Shown here: positions 7,562 to 9,456 of the stretch, one piece after another
How positions within the stretch are numbered: position 1 is the first letter of the stretch
How the letters are laid out: each line of letters starts with the position of its first letter
DNA from: a virus
Taxonomy: Duplodnaviria > Heunggongvirae > Uroviricota > Caudoviricetes
Virus record (IMG/VR): IMGVR_UViG_2534681624_000015
Strand: one strand, 5' to 3'
Length of the DNA: 9,456 nt
Notes under the pieces: generated by a model
What the model saw: the letters and a program-made list of their open reading frames with translations, nothing else
Databases searched by the model: none
What the model was told of the DNA's origin: nothing
Translations under genes and position numbers: made by a program

Positions 7562-7939
7562 CCACTGTTTGCCGACGTCTGTTACGAGCGTCATCGGGGC
7601 GTCGGCAAGGTCCTGTTTTATGCGCTCAAGAATGGGTTTTTGATGTAGTGCTTTCGCAAAATCATGACCATCTTGTGTAAGTCTGACACTGGTGCCTGAA
7701 TATGAATATCCGAGGCTTGTTGGGGTGAGACCAATGCTTTTTGCGGTGCCTGTTTCCAGATATCTGTTGCTGATAAAACCATTTTCAACCAGCAACAGAA
7801 GATGGAAAACCAGCTTCTGATGGCTGTCGCTGTGCCGCTGAGAACAATCCCAGCCGACATCTTCCAGTCGAATGAATGCGGTGTCGGCCTCCAGAAAAAC
7901 ATCAAATATTCTGGCTATCTCGTCATAATCAATTTTCAT
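7523..7939 (-). CDS. Reverse-oriented hypothetical protein (138 aa), possible small winged-helix-like phage accessory protein
   Basis: Only ORF of 60 aa or more covering 7562-7801 on either strand apart from a shorter minus-strand ORF in another frame. Minus-strand ATG at 7937-7939 preceded by AAGGA at ~7-nt spacing; non-repetitive, balanced composition. Segments KLVFHLLLLVENGFI and RLTQDGHDF and the C-terminal KKKLG recall a small phage-associated domain family of unknown function (DUF2513-like, from memory, unverified). Confidence 0.55.
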   Translation of the reverse strand: MKIDYDEIARIFDVFLEADTAFIRLEDVGWDCSQRHSDSHQKLVFHLLLLVENGFISNRYLETGTAKSIGLTPTSLGYSYSGTSVRLTQDGHDFAKALHQKPILERIKQDLADAPMTLVTDVGKQWLTSFLKKKLGIE

Positions 7940-7969
7940 ATCTCATTCCTTAATATGAGAGGTGAGCAA

Positions 7970-8521
7970 ATGAATCGCACATCCCTGATTAAATTAATCC
8001 ATGTCGCCCGTCGGGAGCTACAACTCGACGACGACACTTACCGCGCTTTTCTGATGCAGAAAACGGGCAAAACCAGTTGCCGCGAGCTGACGGTCACGCA
8101 ACTGGAACAGGTGCTCGATGCCATGAAAGAACGCGGCTTTAAGAAGCTGAATAAACATCCACGTCGCCGCTTTAAGGGGTATGCCACTCCCCGCGAGAAG
8201 GTATACAAAGTCTGGCAGCAGATGGCAGAAGACGGTTTTATTACCGATGGCGGTGATGTGGCGCTGGATAAATATGTTCAGCGCCTGACAGCGAAACGCA
8301 ACGGCGGACAGGGTGTTTCCACACTGGCGTGGTGCCACGGAGAATCGTTGCAGGTTGTGCTTGAAACCCTGAAACAGTGGCACATCCGCTGTATTCGTGA
8401 AGCCTTTTCCCGTCACGGGCTTCCATTGCCGGTCAGTCCGTCCGGGCGTGAACTGCGCGGCTATGATGCCATGACGGCGGCTTATGCCCATGCCAGAAAG
8501 ACGCGGAGGATGGCACAATGA
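7970..8521 (+). CDS. gemA: GemA, early gene-expression modulation protein (183 aa)
   Basis: ATG at 7970 with GAGGTGA 7 nt upstream gives 183 aa, the size I recall for Mu GemA. N-terminus MNRTSLIKLIHVARRELQLDDDTYRAF... The stop overlaps the mor start (ATGA), as expected for the gemA-mor pair. Confidence 0.8.
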   Translation: MNRTSLIKLIHVARRELQLDDDTYRAFLMQKTGKTSCRELTVTQLEQVLDAMKERGFKKLNKHPRRRFKGYATPREKVYKVWQQMAEDGFITDGGDVALDKYVQRLTAKRNGGQGVSTLAWCHGESLQVVLETLKQWHIRCIREAFSRHGLPLPVSPSGRELRGYDAMTAAYAHARKTRRMAQ

Positions 8522-8907
8522 CGGAAGATTTATTTGGTGATTTGCAGGATGACACCATTCTGGCACATCTTGACAATCCCGCAGAGGATACGTCACGCTT
8601 TCCGGCACTGCTGGCGGAGCTGAACGATTTACTGCGCGGGGAATTGTCCCGGCTGGGTGTTGATCCTGCCCATTCACTGGAGATTGTTGTGGCTATCTGT
8701 AAGCATCTGGGCGGCGGCCAGGTCTACATTCCACGCGGTCAGGTTCTGGACTCGCTGATTCGGGATTTGCGTATCTGGAATGATTTTAACGGTCGCAACG
8801 TCAGCGAACTGACCACCCGTTATGGTGTCACTTTCAATACGGTTTACAAGGCCATTCGCCGGATGCGACGGCTGAAATACCGCCAGTACCAGCCCTCACT
8901 TCTGTAA
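8518..8907 (+). CDS. mor: Mor, activator of the middle promoter (129 aa)
   Basis: 129-aa ORF, the known length of Mu Mor, coupled to gemA via ATGA overlap. C-terminal HTH-like segment VSELTTRYGVTFNTVYKAIRR. Last gene before a strong intrinsic terminator, as in the Mu early operon. Confidence 0.9.
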   Translation: MTEDLFGDLQDDTILAHLDNPAEDTSRFPALLAELNDLLRGELSRLGVDPAHSLEIVVAICKHLGGGQVYIPRGQVLDSLIRDLRIWNDFNGRNVSELTTRYGVTFNTVYKAIRRMRRLKYRQYQPSLL

Positions 8908-8912
8908 ACAGT

Positions 8913-8937
8913 AAAGCCGGTTAATCCGGCTTTTTTT
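8913..8937 (+). terminator. Rho-independent terminator ending the early operon
   Basis: AAAGCCGG (8913-8920), loop TTAAT, CCGGCTTT (8926-8933), running into a 7-T tract (8931-8937), 6 nt after the mor stop. Corresponds in position to the Mu early terminator. Confidence 0.8.
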
Positions 8938-8984
8938 ACGTCCTCAATATCCTGTGATGAATAACCGTACCGGGGGAAATCATC

Positions 8985-9203
8985 ATGGGTAAAGGCTGGA
9001 ATGCATCCTTTCATCTTGGCAGACGTGAGCGGCTGCATCAGGAGGTTTTGCACCGTGTCGCCGGTGGGCCACGGCCTGCGCCCCGCGACTATACCGGTCA
9101 TGATGGCACCCACGGCAGTTATTACATGAAAGGCTGGCAGTCAGTTGATATGCCGGAAATTCTTCATCATTGCCTGCTTTACAGGGAGAAACATTATGTC
9201 TGA
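8985..9203 (+). CDS. Hypothetical protein (72 aa), first ORF after the early terminator
   Basis: ATG at 8985 with GGGGGA 7 nt upstream; stop overlaps the start of the next ORF (ATGTCTGA). His/Arg-rich; no motif recognised. Confidence 0.45.
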   Translation: MGKGWNASFHLGRRERLHQEVLHRVAGGPRPAPRDYTGHDGTHGSYYMKGWQSVDMPEILHHCLLYREKHYV

Positions 9204-9456
9204 GCGTTCTGCTCGTCAGTGGCCTGATTTTTTATCGGTGGTGTTACTGGCGCTGTTATTGTGGATAAGTCTGTTTTGTGGCTGGCGCGCACTGATGTTT
9301 TGCTGTGCCTCGGTTTTCAGTGTTGCTTTAAGTGTTGCCGCTGATTGTCTGGATGCGCTGATAATGAGCTGCCGGGTGCCTGAACATTTTGCCCGGTTCG
9401 TCTGGCCTCTGACCTGGCTGGGGGGTCTGTCCGGGCTGGGATTAGCCGTGATGGCA
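9196..9456 (+). CDS. Hypothetical hydrophobic/membrane protein, 5' partial (runs off the window end)
   Basis: ATG at 9196 with AGGGAG upstream; open through the window end (87 codons, no stop). Translation MSERSARQWPDFLSVVLLALLLWISLFCGWRALMFCCASVFSVALSVAADCLD... has long hydrophobic stretches consistent with transmembrane helices. Not in the ORF track, presumably because it lacks a stop. Confidence 0.5.
   Translation, partial: MSERSARQWPDFLSVVLLALLLWISLFCGWRALMFCCASVFSVALSVAADCLDALIMSCRVPEHFARFVWPLTWLGGLSGLGLAVMA

Noticed and set aside
7571-7607. Hairpin GCCGACG-N23-CGTCGGC
   Set aside because: It sits inside the coding sequence of the minus-strand ORF, has a long loop and no T-tract. Probably incidental.
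7618-7905. Minus-strand 95-aa ORF
   Set aside because: Lies in a different frame entirely inside the longer minus-strand 138-aa ORF, which has a better start context. Only one can be real, and the longer one is preferred.
7802-7969. N-terminal extension of gemA to ATG 7802 (239-aa version)
   Set aside because: No usable RBS at 7802. ATG 7970 has GAGGTGA upstream and yields the 183-aa length expected for GemA. The extension would also overlap the minus-strand ORF.
8018-8677. Minus-strand 219-aa ORF antisense to gemA/mor, and 8241..8426 minus
   Set aside because: Long, but entirely antisense to the gemA and mor genes, whose lengths, coupling and sequences match known proteins. Likely a shadow ORF favoured by codon bias.
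8844-9113. Minus-strand 89-aa ORF spanning the mor 3' end, terminator and next gene start
   Set aside because: It crosses the intrinsic terminator and overlaps two + strand genes; implausible as a real gene.
1-9456. Transposon end (attL, MuA-binding repeats), CRISPR arrays, tRNA/rRNA genes
   Set aside because: The window begins at the repressor stop codon, so the left end lies outside it. No arrays of short direct repeats with spacers and no tRNA-like or rRNA-like sequences were recognised by eye.

Overview
This window is the left (early) arm of a Mu-family transposable phage or prophage, and its immunity region looks D108-like rather than Mu-like. Reading left to right: repressor c on the minus strand (174 aa), an AT-rich operator/promoter region with a perfect Ner-type inverted repeat, ner, transposase A (DDE triad and C-terminal RRKKAI tail visible), the AAA+ target-DNA activator B, then the 'semi-essential' early region (kil-like ORF, small ORFs, gam, further ORFs), gemA, mor, a clear intrinsic terminator ending the early operon, and the first ORFs of the next region. 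Product names for c, ner, A, B, gam, gemA and mor rest on my recognition of the translated sequences and known gene order and sizes; no database search was run. The window starts exactly at the c stop codon, so attL and the transposase-binding end repeats are not included. I see no rRNA, tRNA or CRISPR array. I cannot support a complete, previously undescribed multi-gene system here. The most unusual element is a 138-aa ORF on the opposite strand embedded in the otherwise one-directional early operon, between the last semi-essential ORF and gemA. Other items worth a second look are a translationally coupled wHTH-like / 8-Cys zinc-ribbon gene pair, a 98-bp structured gap after gam, and an unlisted 56-aa ORF after kil.
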